DNA of 64,000 nucleotides. Origin: a virus. Made by a program: the position numbers and the translations under genes. The stretch spans positions 40,428-104,427 of IMG/VR virus record IMGVR_UViG_3300029911_000010; one strand, written 5' to 3'. Under the pieces are notes generated by a model. It was not told where the DNA came from. It did no database searches and saw nothing but the letters and a program-made list of their open reading frames with translations. Positions 8,111 through 17,520 of the stretch are shown piece by piece. The first letter of the stretch is position 1, and every line of letters starts with the position of its first letter.

Positions 8111-9595
8111 TCACATCACCTTATTCTGCCCGATAGCAAGGGACGCTGTCAAATGGAAGTCGTGGTCACTGGCTGCCATTCTGTACAAGGCAGCCAGTTT
8201 GTAAAGACCGTAGTCCTCGGCAAGTTCGCCGGCACCGGGTACGTCCGAAGCCGACTTTTCTAAAGTTGATTTGCATTCCGGGGTCGGCAAATGCCGCAAT
8301 TCGCACCGCATGGCACGCTCGGCAGCCGCATCCTGGGTCAACCCGTGAGACCCCTGGAGGTTGCGAGCAAGGGCTCTGATCGGTGTCGTGGCGACAGCGT
8401 CGGAACACGCATATTTGTTGAACGATAACCGGGCGTCAAACTTGGGATTCTGCGCAATCGTCGTGAAAATACCCGGCAGGCAGACCGAAGCCGCCTTGAC
8501 AAGATCCGGTCGGCTGGTCCAACGGGCAAAGTCGGCCAGGGTCAACATCACCTTCTGATCAGCCAGGGCTCCCAATGACGCAGCAGCCTTTTCGCTGCCG
8601 GGCATGCCCAGCAAGGCCAGCTGCTCGTCGCTGATCGTTCCCTGCACGACAGGGTGGAAACTCTTGCGCACCGGCTCGGACGGCCGCATCCCTTGTTCCT
8701 GCCGGGCCAGCGCCATGGCCAGCTTGGTCTGCCCCATTAGCTTGGAATTCCAGTTGTAGGGAAAATCCTGGCTCAGACACACCGCCAGCGGCGCAGTGAC
8801 GTTAAGCATTTCAGCCATCTCGGCTCCGGGGATGAAATCCTGGTGACTGGCGGCTTTCTCCAGCCAGTCAGCCTTGGTGCCGTAGGCCGTGCGATCAGCC
8901 GGCCGAAACACGTCAGAAATGTCGAAAAACGATGGCGTCGGATTATCGACGTGCAGGATGTGTCCGTCGAAGGCGACCTTGGCCAGATTCTTGGAGCAGC
9001 CGCCGTACTTGCAGGTTCCCTCGGTGCAGTATTCCTCACGGGTGCGAGCCTTGTGCTGGCAGCCGCTGCAGACGTCAAAAGGCACCCGGCAAGCCATCGA
9101 GACTGCCAGGTCTTCGTCCTTAGCCAGCTTCTCCAGCTCTCGGCTGGCGACAAAGCCACCGTTGCGATCCGCCGCCGACTTCTCTCCGTTGAGCGCCGCC
9201 AGCAGCTCAACGCGGCTCATCGGCAGATTCATCGCCGACTTTTCCACCCGGCCGTAGCTTAGCCGTGGATCTTTGTTCTGGTGGTTGCGATACCAGCGGG
9301 CGTACTTCTCAAACGTATTGTGATAATCCTTGAGCGTCTGCTCGGTCCAACCGTCGCCGTTGCGATTAGGTCCCCACTTCTCGGTAGAGCCCATGGCCAG
9401 CAAGTGAACCGGCACTTCGTCCTTGGCAAACTTGATGGAGTCCAGGATGTCCAGGAACGCCGGAGCCGTAGCCCCGGCCAGCTTTATGAAGTCGCTGCGA
9501 TCGCTGCCGATCAGACCGCGACTGGAGACCTTGATCATCTGCGCAATGGGCTGGTCCCAATTCCATCCTGACGGGCTGAAAATCTTGATCATCAT
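8111..9595 (-). CDS. Prohead (capsid maturation) protease with Cys-rich insertion
   Basis: NRNGDGW, YRNHQNKD, VSMACRVPFDVCSGC, SFFDISDVFRPAD resemble HK97/herpes-type serine prohead protease motifs. Confidence 0.75.
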   Translation of the reverse strand: MMIKIFSPSGWNWDQPIAQMIKVSSRGLIGSDRSDFIKLAGATAPAFLDILDSIKFAKDEVPVHLLAMGSTEKWGPNRNGDGWTEQTLKDYHNTFEKYARWYRNHQNKDPRLSYGRVEKSAMNLPMSRVELLAALNGEKSAADRNGGFVASRELEKLAKDEDLAVSMACRVPFDVCSGCQHKARTREEYCTEGTCKYGGCSKNLAKVAFDGHILHVDNPTPSFFDISDVFRPADRTAYGTKADWLEKAASHQDFIPGAEMAEMLNVTAPLAVCLSQDFPYNWNSKLMGQTKLAMALARQEQGMRPSEPVRKSFHPVVQGTISDEQLALLGMPGSEKAAASLGALADQKVMLTLADFARWTSRPDLVKAASVCLPGIFTTIAQNPKFDARLSFNKYACSDAVATTPIRALARNLQGSHGLTQDAAAERAMRCELRHLPTPECKSTLEKSASDVPGAGELAEDYGLYKLAALYRMAASDHDFHLTASLAIGQNKVM

Positions 9596-9604
9596 CGACT
9601 CCTG

Positions 9605-11014
9605 CTATTGATGCTGACGGGCGGCGTGCAGCTTGTCCAGTATAGCCTGGGCTTCGGGATGTTCCTGCATGTACTGTTGATGTGACGCCAAAGTGGCATT
9701 GCGCTGTTGTACGTACGGATCGTAGCCTTTACCTAATAGCAACGGACCTGCCAGCGTCGCCGCAATCTGCGCTCCCGTACCGCCTCCACGACTCCACAGA
9801 CTGGGTTTCGCAAGACCACGGCCAGCTGATAAAACACCAGGCAGAGCTTCACCGTGAATACCGAGCGGCAGCTCGGCATTAACGTTTGCCATAATATCAG
9901 TCGGGAACGGGCTCTTGGGGTCGGCGGCCAAACGTTGCACGGTATTCAGAATGCCGGCTGACTGAGGCGTCGGCGCAGCCGGACCGGTAGCCATGTGGTC
10001 GTTGAACAGCCGGTGAAAAGCGTCTGCTCGGGTGGCGTAGTCTGGCATGTTCGATCCCGAACCAACGCCGCCTTGCTGTTCGTGATCATACAGATCACGG
10101 AGAAACTGCGTAGCACTGGCGACGTGGTTGGCCCGCGTCTGCCCAGTCGAGTTGGCCAGCATCGTTGATTTGGACATATCGCCCAGCCCGTGCGATGCAG
10201 CTGTGTCTTGCAGCAATTTGGTCTGCTCTGGCGTGAATTTAGAGTAGTCGCTCACCGGTGAGCTGGGATTCATGGCCCGAATTGCCGCAAGCTGCACGTT
10301 ACGACCGCCATCTACGAGCGTCTTATAAACGGCAGGCGGTACTTTGCCTTCAATACCTTTCATGAACGCGTCGGTGTTGACCATTGAGTCTATGCCGCCT
10401 CTTAGCCCCAGCCAGTCAACACCCTTATGCAAGTTGTTCATGGCCGCGTTGTAGGCCGGGCGACCGACTAGATTCCAGCTGGCAAGACCGCCGATACCTA
10501 AACCCACGTTAGATCCGGCGTTGCTGATCATGTCGTTAAGACCACGCGGAAAATCAGTCATTAGCTTGACGGCGTTGGAGTGCCCTTGCCAGGCTGCGTC
10601 CTGTTGTGCGTTGTTGAGTTCCTGGGCTTGCTGCAAATTCTTCGTGGCTGAACCATCCGGCGGGTTCATGTAATTGCCCAGCTGCTTCAAGCCGTAATGC
10701 AGACCGCCGCCGATGGCACCGCCGGCCAAAGCTCCGGTCAAGGCGCTGCGCCACGGATGCTTTTCGCGTCCGGGCTCGTCGTTCATGTAGTCGCTGGCCA
10801 TGCCAATGCCGCCGCCGATGCCGGCACCCGCCAGACCAGCCAGCAGTGAATCGCCACCGACAGCGTACGGATTTGCCGGTGCTGCCGGTGCTGCCGGTGC
10901 TGCCGCACCGGTCTTTTTCAGGCCGGCCTTTTTAACCATCCGGACGGCGCAGGCTCGCTTGGCCAGAATGTCGCTGGCTTCCTTGACGGTCATGTTTTTT
11001 AAGTCAAGCGGCAT
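9605..11014 (-). CDS. Glycine-zipper putative internal virion/ejection protein
   Basis: GLAGAGIGGGIG and GALAGGAIGGGL; N-terminal KEAS, KRAC, KKAG, KTG. Confidence 0.55.
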   Translation of the reverse strand: MPLDLKNMTVKEASDILAKRACAVRMVKKAGLKKTGAAAPAAPAAPANPYAVGGDSLLAGLAGAGIGGGIGMASDYMNDEPGREKHPWRSALTGALAGGAIGGGLHYGLKQLGNYMNPPDGSATKNLQQAQELNNAQQDAAWQGHSNAVKLMTDFPRGLNDMISNAGSNVGLGIGGLASWNLVGRPAYNAAMNNLHKGVDWLGLRGGIDSMVNTDAFMKGIEGKVPPAVYKTLVDGGRNVQLAAIRAMNPSSPVSDYSKFTPEQTKLLQDTAASHGLGDMSKSTMLANSTGQTRANHVASATQFLRDLYDHEQQGGVGSGSNMPDYATRADAFHRLFNDHMATGPAAPTPQSAGILNTVQRLAADPKSPFPTDIMANVNAELPLGIHGEALPGVLSAGRGLAKPSLWSRGGGTGAQIAATLAGPLLLGKGYDPYVQQRNATLASHQQYMQEHPEAQAILDKLHAARQHQ

Positions 11015-11020
11015 CTGATC

Positions 11021-12427
11021 CTACTTTTTGACGTTGCCCGGCTGCGGAGCTGCCGGCTTAGGCATCGGGTCAACAGGAGCCGGCTGGGTATCCTTGAGAC
11101 CTTTTTCAAGATCCAGCATCTGCCCGTGCTCGAACGGTTGGACGTTGCCCTGGAGATATCGCTGCAGATGCGAACGCATGAGCGCCGGCTGAGAAGCGGC
11201 ACGGGGCGTAAGCCGCGAGATCTCGTTATAGGCGTGCAGCACTTCGTCGGGTTCATGACCACCGATCACGGGATCATTCATCATGTCAGACAGCATCGAC
11301 TGTGTCTGAATCTGCTGCAGCTTGGCGGCATGCCTGGGATCTTCCAGTTCTTCATAGGGTCCGGCTACTGGATCACCGGACTCCTGCTTAAAAGGGTTGA
11401 GAACTTCTCCAAACAGATTCTTGGCGTCGCTGACCATGTCCATCAGCTTGATCGGCGTGGCTGCCGACTTAGTCAATAGATTGAACGACGCGTCCTTGAC
11501 TGGTCCGTGAATCAGCGGACCCAGGATATCCTGCTTGTGGATTTCGGCCGCCGTCTTGGCGGCGGCTTCCGCATTGCGAAACTGGATGACGTCCTTGGCC
11601 AGCTTGACGCAGCGGGTCAGCGCCGACCAGGGCATCTGTTGCGGCTCGACGGCGACGACCTGCTTGCCCCAGTTGACGCTGTCGCCTCGAAGCGAGTTCT
11701 CGGCCATCTTGTTACGAGTGAATACCCAGTCCATCACCGCCTGGCCGTTGGCACCGTGATAAACTTCGGCGGTTTTTTCCACCAGGGCGAAAGGCAAATG
11801 CCGCTCCGGCGACTGACGGAAGTAGTCACCTAGTTCGCCCATGGCTCCGATCAGCTTCTGGTAAGCGTCGCTGGCGTTGACGCGGGCGTCAGCCGCCTGC
11901 TTGGTCAACTTCTCGTCCAGACCCATCGCCAGCGACAATGCCGACTTCTTGGGACACGTGCAATGCTCCATCGGACGATGGCATTCTTTGCAGTGGTCAG
12001 CCGTCTTGAGCAGGCCGGCCACCTGGATTGAAGCCGCCTTGATCATCGACACGTTCGGCTGGCGGAGATTGTGATCAAGGAAGAACGCCGGGCCACTGCC
12101 ATACTCGTTTGACACGGTGGCGTAAGCCTCGTCGGCTGCCGTCTTGACCTGCTTGGGCCAGATGCGATCGATTACCTGGTCGGGATCTGCCAGGGGAAAG
12201 TCGGCGAACTTTTCCAGGGCATTGTCGTTCTCCTGCCGCTGGTAAGTCTGCCGCCCGGTGTTGTAGGCGTACGATGCAAAGCGAACCATGTCCGGACCCC
12301 AGCTGGAGTCGCGGGCGATCTTCTCGATCGCATCGACAGGAGACATCTCGTCTTCATCGACCAAGGTCACTGCTTGCTTGACGGCAAGAATGACTTTGTT
12401 TTCAGCTTCCTTGCTGAGCGTCTGCAT
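11021..12427 (-). CDS. K-x-A-rich putative virion protein
   Basis: More than 10 K-x-A motifs; SD in hairpin UGGUC-AGGAG-GACCA. Confidence 0.6.
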   Translation of the reverse strand: MQTLSKEAENKVILAVKQAVTLVDEDEMSPVDAIEKIARDSSWGPDMVRFASYAYNTGRQTYQRQENDNALEKFADFPLADPDQVIDRIWPKQVKTAADEAYATVSNEYGSGPAFFLDHNLRQPNVSMIKAASIQVAGLLKTADHCKECHRPMEHCTCPKKSALSLAMGLDEKLTKQAADARVNASDAYQKLIGAMGELGDYFRQSPERHLPFALVEKTAEVYHGANGQAVMDWVFTRNKMAENSLRGDSVNWGKQVVAVEPQQMPWSALTRCVKLAKDVIQFRNAEAAAKTAAEIHKQDILGPLIHGPVKDASFNLLTKSAATPIKLMDMVSDAKNLFGEVLNPFKQESGDPVAGPYEELEDPRHAAKLQQIQTQSMLSDMMNDPVIGGHEPDEVLHAYNEISRLTPRAASQPALMRSHLQRYLQGNVQPFEHGQMLDLEKGLKDTQPAPVDPMPKPAAPQPGNVKK

Positions 12428-13481
12428 GTTGGTCCTCCTGACCAGTCGGCTTTCTCGGCGCTGGCAATGCCAGTTTCTCGATGCCGTCCATTGTACGCGG
12501 TTTTCGCCCAGACGAAAGTTCGAGCATTTCGTGGGTACGCAGCTCTGCGGCCGCGTCGTCGTAACGTTCCACCGGTTTGCCAGTAATCAGCTTCCTGCCC
12601 TTTTCACCGACCGCCCAGTTCAATCCTTTGAGCGTGGCGGCGATGTTGCTGAGCAGCTGGCTTTGCGGCACACCGTCGCCAGCCGCCGCTTGTTCCATGG
12701 TCTTGATTTGTATATGCACCTGAAACAGATCCATGACATTGAAGCGATTGACTTCGAAATTCTGCGCAGCCATCGCTGAGCGGTGCTTCAAACGAGTAAA
12801 CGTATGATTGTCCAACCACGGAGCAACGTCGTCCTTGCCCTGGGCGATTACGCCTTTGTGGAATCCGCACTGCAGGATGTAGTCCAACACCGCAGGCCCG
12901 CCGAAGTAGGCGAACATTTTGGTCGTCGGGTCGAAAAACGGTTCACTCAGCGGCGAGCGGCTGAACGTCATCATCTGCGGATTGTCGGGGTCATTATTGT
13001 TGTTGCGCTGCGGCTGATTCATCGTTTGATCCAGCCCGGCGTTGATGGCGGCTTCGTACGCCGGCATCAGCACGCGGTCGACAATCCAGCCGGTGTTTTT
13101 CAACCGCCCACGCACGTCGAAGAACATGGCGGAATACCACCGAATCATCTCCGGTCGTGTACCCAGCTCGTCGGCGATGACCTGGTCGGTACAGCCGTTG
13201 AGAATGCGGGACTCGATGATAGTGATCATCCGGTTGTTGACCTGCTGCTCGGAGTACAGCTGGTAAGCCAGGAAGACCCCCAAGTCGCGCCAAGCCAGCT
13301 GCTCCCGCGTAGCCTGATCAGCCGAGCGGTATCGCAGCACGAATTCCCTGAACCGTCGGACGTACTCGTCGTCGCTCTTGACGCATCGCTTGACCGGCGT
13401 GTTGTCGATCATCTGCAACACACGATCAAACCGCCACCCTGGCGGTCGGAACGGACTGAATCTGTGAAACCTGACTTGCAC
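12402..13481 (-). CDS. Hypothetical protein (possible HTH segment)
   Basis: 359-aa ORF; DQVIADELGTRPEMIRWY. Confidence 0.6.
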   Translation of the reverse strand: MQVRFHRFSPFRPPGWRFDRVLQMIDNTPVKRCVKSDDEYVRRFREFVLRYRSADQATREQLAWRDLGVFLAYQLYSEQQVNNRMITIIESRILNGCTDQVIADELGTRPEMIRWYSAMFFDVRGRLKNTGWIVDRVLMPAYEAAINAGLDQTMNQPQRNNNNDPDNPQMMTFSRSPLSEPFFDPTTKMFAYFGGPAVLDYILQCGFHKGVIAQGKDDVAPWLDNHTFTRLKHRSAMAAQNFEVNRFNVMDLFQVHIQIKTMEQAAAGDGVPQSQLLSNIAATLKGLNWAVGEKGRKLITGKPVERYDDAAAELRTHEMLELSSGRKPRTMDGIEKLALPAPRKPTGQEDQHADAQQGS

Positions 13482-13492
13482 GATTTACCTTT

Positions 13493-13837
13493 CTACGGTT
13501 GTTCACGAAAACATTCAGGCAGAGGAGCATCGAAAACTTTGAGCTTCGTGTTGGCCTCACCGACCAAGCGATCGAGAACGTCGGCATCATCACCCGGATT
13601 GGTGCCATCAGGCAGCCCGATCATAAAACGCGGACCACCGGGACTGAATACGTTAATCGTCTTGACCTTGTTGCGTCGTATGATCCGACCAAAGTTCCAT
13701 TTCGAAGACGTCGGATCAGCTTCCAGCCATGTCATGATCTCCGGGGTGACTTCAACTTGTCGGTTGAACGGTTTGATAAAGTTTCCTTGTTCTGGAGCCA
13801 GTTCGCCACATTCGCGTGGGTCATTCCACCATTCCAT
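13493..13837 (-). CDS. Hypothetical protein
   Basis: GAGGAG SD; 114 aa. Confidence 0.55.
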   Translation of the reverse strand: MEWWNDPRECGELAPEQGNFIKPFNRQVEVTPEIMTWLEADPTSSKWNFGRIIRRNKVKTINVFSPGGPRFMIGLPDGTNPGDDADVLDRLVGEANTKLKVFDAPLPECFREQP

Positions 13838-13855
13838 GGAAAACTCCTCTTAGTC

Positions 13856-14464
13856 TTAAGCTCCGGTACCGATACTTTCATGTGAGCGCACGGCGATGCG
13901 GTACGTGCCGGTTGCGGCCAGCTTGACGTACAGTTTACGGTTTACGCCGATGTTGCGGTTGGGCAGAGCGTCCTGATTTTTGAATGTGATATCCAAATTG
14001 GCGTGCAGCGGGCTCGCACCGGTGATGGTTGCAAACACCCGGTACAGTTCCTGCTCAGCCGAAGGAATCTGTACTTGGGCAGTGCCGCCAACCGCGTCGG
14101 CCGTCCACGACTGGTCAGTGACGATGTTAAAGTCATCCACGACTTCCAACACCCGATGGCTGGTGTTGTAGCCGGACGTGGGGCTGCTGGCCACGACAAC
14201 CACATCGCCTACCTTACAAGCCAGGGCGCTGTTGGGATTCATTTCAACGTAGCAATAGCCGTTGCCGTCGTTGGTGATCAGGTACACCGGCACGGCCACC
14301 AGCGGCGACGCGAACGCCCGGCTAAACAAATCGGCGGTCACGGTTCCGCCGCCGATCAGAATGATCGTGATGTAGTCCAACGTGCAGCGGCCGGGGTAAG
14401 ACAAAGCCACGATCTGATTGGAGCCAACGGTGGTCACGGAAAATTCTTTTTCGTATGGCGTCAC
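13856..14464 (-). CDS. Beta-rich putative structural protein
   Basis: KVGDVVVVAS..GYN...RVLEVVD resembles small beta-barrel tail/decoration modules; GGAGG SD. Confidence 0.55.
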   Translation of the reverse strand: MTPYEKEFSVTTVGSNQIVALSYPGRCTLDYITIILIGGGTVTADLFSRAFASPLVAVPVYLITNDGNGYCYVEMNPNSALACKVGDVVVVASSPTSGYNTSHRVLEVVDDFNIVTDQSWTADAVGGTAQVQIPSAEQELYRVFATITGASPLHANLDITFKNQDALPNRNIGVNRKLYVKLAATGTYRIAVRSHESIGTGA

Positions 14465-14722
14465 TTGTGCTGGCCTCCGTGCCAGTGAAAGTAAAATGCG
14501 TCGGCAGCTTCGATAAGCGGGCCGCGAATTTCAGGGTGCAAATCCTTGAGTCGTTTAGACGACTTCTGACAGTTACAGGCTCGACACAACCGGACAGCGT
14601 TACCGGGTTTCAAGCCGTTTCCTCGCGATAACGGTCGAACGTGATCGGTACAGGTCGCGGTTGCTTTGACGTATGACGGTCAAACGGCTGTACCTATCGT
14701 TGAGCAGGTCTAGTGCTTGCAT
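14461..14722 (-). pseudogene. Internally deleted, frameshifted HNH homing endonuclease remnant
   Basis: Frame A gives MQALDLLNDRYSRLTVIRQ; a shifted frame gives DHVRPLSRGNGLKPGNAVRLCRACNCQKS through to a stop at 14461. Confidence 0.7.
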
Positions 14723-14724
14723 GA

Positions 14725-17451
14725 TCAGTCTCCAGATTCTTCCATATCTGGGTCTTGTATTTCGTCGAGTCGTGGCTCGATTGTCTTCTCCTTTAGGAAT
14801 AACACTATATCTGCGAGGCTTTCAAAGGCATTTCGCAGCGAATCTTCCATCTCCGGCAAAGAATTTTTGCCATACCGCTCCTTGAAATCATCTTGATGCC
14901 AGTAAAAAAGGAAGAGCAACCGGCCCAGCTTGTCGACGGCTTTCATCAGGTCAGGCAAGTGGCGGTCCACCAGCGAGTCCTGCCGCACCGACTTGAGCAT
15001 GCCGGAGATCATCGAAGTGTCGAACACCTCTTTCTGCCCTTCCTGGCCGGCTTGCTGGGCAGTCTGCACCGCCTTCTGGTCGGGCATCAGGAATGGATCA
15101 TAGATCCGAGGATCAGTCTGCGAGCTGTCCAACCCCGACACCGGCACATGCTCGCTCTGGGGATAGATGGCGTTGACTGAATTGTAGCCGACCTGTTCAC
15201 TACCGTACTCGGGAGCCGGCATGACTGGGGCGTAGGGGCCACCGGACTGCAGATCGCCGCTGGGATAGTAGCCTGCGGTCTTTTCTCGCGGATAGCTCTT
15301 GGCGTATACGACGCGGTACTGCACCGGCGATCCGCTCATGCCGTTGCTGTGAACCTGGGCTTGCTTGAGCATCGCGGCTGCTTCGCTTTCGCCGAGCCCG
15401 TGATCGCGAATCAGACAGAACAGACCATGCCGCCACGGCATGCGCTCGCAGCCTCGCTTGATGGTCTGAATGGACACTTCGCTGTGATCGCCCCACATCT
15501 TCATGGACGCGGTCTTGGTGGTGAACAGCAGTTGAATGTCACCGATGTCGCCGGGGACGATCGGCTTGGGGTCTGAGCCGTCTGAGTCCCAACCAACCGG
15601 GCCGCCGATACTGCTCTTGCTGGGACCGTCGCCGTCGTCTTTCTTGGGCTTGGGCGGATCTTTGAGCTTCATGAACTTGAAAGTATCGGGCACGTGCAAC
15701 GTGCCGGCAGCCGCCCGCAACTTGGTGCCGGGGCGGTCGTTGATCACTAGCAAAGCATCGTAGTTGCTGACATAGCCGCCGTCGCCGGAATAGGACGAAG
15801 GCTCAGTCACCTTGGGCAAACCGCTGGCACGCCCGGCTTTCCAGTCCTCGTAGCCCTTGAAGTCGACCTTGTAACGCTTGTCCTCGTAAACCTTGCTGAC
15901 AACAAACGGGACAGTGCCCTCTCCGGCCTGGTTGATCGCCAGGTAGGTGCCGCCCTTGGACAACGTCTCGGAGTTGCCCAGACCTTTGAACCATTCGCGG
16001 AAATCGTTCTCCGACTCGATTGTTTTGGTCCACAACGACGTGCGGTGACCGTTAAGCCACGACTTCTCGCCGTCGCCCAATCGCACCACCGTACAAAAGT
16101 TCTTTTGCCCGTCGTTGGCACTGGGGGCCTGGACCACCAGCATGCGGCCGAATTCGCCGGGCTTCTCCAGCACTTCGTAGATGCCGGTCTCGTGCGGATT
16201 TGTCAGTTCCGTTCGCACTTGAGTGTTGTACGCATGGCTGATTTCGTCGCCCTTGCGCTCGTCCTTGACCAGATAGCCGTGGTGCAGGAGCTTTTCTTTA
16301 TCCTTCTCGGGAAGTTCCTTGTTGACCGTGAGGCTGACATCCGGGTCAGTGAGAATCTTGACCTTGGGCTTCTTGTCATCTTCGGGCGGCTGGGCTTCCT
16401 TAAGCAGCGAAAAATCCAGTTCACTTCGCGGCTTGTTCGGCGCAATGCGGGTTTCCCACTCGGCTCCTTTGATCAGGCAGTTGGCGGCTTCCTCGGCTGC
16501 CTGCTTGATTCGCAGGCCGACGCGATGGAAGAAATCGCTGCCATAGAACTTATCGAAGGCGACCTTGATGCCGGGGTAGCGCTGGGAGATGTTGTAGGCT
16601 CCTTCCAGCAGGCTGACATCGGTCGCCAGGAAGTCTTCCAGCGACAGTGGGACGTCGGCTAAGGCCGCCTTGACGGGGCTGGCGGGCAGCTTGCTGACGT
16701 CAACTTTGCGATCGGCCGGGGCGTTGGGCCATAGGAAGTTGGCTTGCTTGGTGGCAATGGCCGCCAGCAACGGCAGCGCCGGCACCGCCCAACCGGCCAC
16801 GTCGCGATTGCCGACGCGGATGTAATCCGGCAGCGGTGATTCCGCAGACCGACCTTCGCGGGCGGCAGCAGCTTTGGCCTGTAGTCGCTCCAGAGCACTG
16901 CCGTATTTGTTGTGCGGCGGCGGATAGCTGAGACGTTCGATGTTGGGGGCAATGCCGCCCAGCTGCCAGGTATCCTTGGCCGAGCCTTCGCCCAGGACGT
17001 GCGGCTTGCGGCTGAGGATGTAGTTGACCCAGTTTTCCTTCATGGGCACGAAGGAGTCCTGATTCTTGATATACAAAAGCTCGTGGCCCTTGAGATCACC
17101 GTTGAGGAAGAAGATCGGGGCGTACAGCCACTGCTTGCCGATCTTGAAGCCGAACACGCCGACAGCCTTGGTGTTGTCGTCGTTGCGGTCGACCAGCTGG
17201 AAGCCGACGATGTAGTCGATCAGGCGGGGAGCCTTATCCTTGAGATAGGCATACCCAAGTGAAGAGAAGGATTGCTCAAAGCCCTGCTCCTGCTCGCCGC
17301 CGATGCTCGCCCATTTGATGCCGGGACCCTTGGCCAGTCCGCGAATGTGCATGACCAGCTGCAGCGGTGTCGCGTCGCTGGTGTAAAATTGACCGGCATC
17401 CGTAGCGTGCTTGATGAACGTAATGTGCTTCCGTGCAGTTGTAATTGCCAT
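14725..17451 (-). CDS. Large putative virion protein
   Basis: 908 aa with K-x-A motifs (KHAT, KWAS, KQAN, KAAL, KQAA, KGAE, KEAQ, KTAS, KTAG). Confidence 0.65.
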   Translation of the reverse strand: MAITTARKHITFIKHATDAGQFYTSDATPLQLVMHIRGLAKGPGIKWASIGGEQEQGFEQSFSSLGYAYLKDKAPRLIDYIVGFQLVDRNDDNTKAVGVFGFKIGKQWLYAPIFFLNGDLKGHELLYIKNQDSFVPMKENWVNYILSRKPHVLGEGSAKDTWQLGGIAPNIERLSYPPPHNKYGSALERLQAKAAAAREGRSAESPLPDYIRVGNRDVAGWAVPALPLLAAIATKQANFLWPNAPADRKVDVSKLPASPVKAALADVPLSLEDFLATDVSLLEGAYNISQRYPGIKVAFDKFYGSDFFHRVGLRIKQAAEEAANCLIKGAEWETRIAPNKPRSELDFSLLKEAQPPEDDKKPKVKILTDPDVSLTVNKELPEKDKEKLLHHGYLVKDERKGDEISHAYNTQVRTELTNPHETGIYEVLEKPGEFGRMLVVQAPSANDGQKNFCTVVRLGDGEKSWLNGHRTSLWTKTIESENDFREWFKGLGNSETLSKGGTYLAINQAGEGTVPFVVSKVYEDKRYKVDFKGYEDWKAGRASGLPKVTEPSSYSGDGGYVSNYDALLVINDRPGTKLRAAAGTLHVPDTFKFMKLKDPPKPKKDDGDGPSKSSIGGPVGWDSDGSDPKPIVPGDIGDIQLLFTTKTASMKMWGDHSEVSIQTIKRGCERMPWRHGLFCLIRDHGLGESEAAAMLKQAQVHSNGMSGSPVQYRVVYAKSYPREKTAGYYPSGDLQSGGPYAPVMPAPEYGSEQVGYNSVNAIYPQSEHVPVSGLDSSQTDPRIYDPFLMPDQKAVQTAQQAGQEGQKEVFDTSMISGMLKSVRQDSLVDRHLPDLMKAVDKLGRLLFLFYWHQDDFKERYGKNSLPEMEDSLRNAFESLADIVLFLKEKTIEPRLDEIQDPDMEESGD

Positions 17452-17487
17452 TGCTTTCCGTCCGTGAAAAGGGCATCAGTTTATTTC

Positions 17488-17517
17488 ACTATAACAACCT
17501 ACCGCCTAATGCTCCAA
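17488..17517 (-). promoter_or_regulatory. Sigma70-like promoter
   Basis: TTGGAG-18-TATAGT in the intergenic gap. Confidence 0.4.
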
Positions 17518-17520
17518 ATA

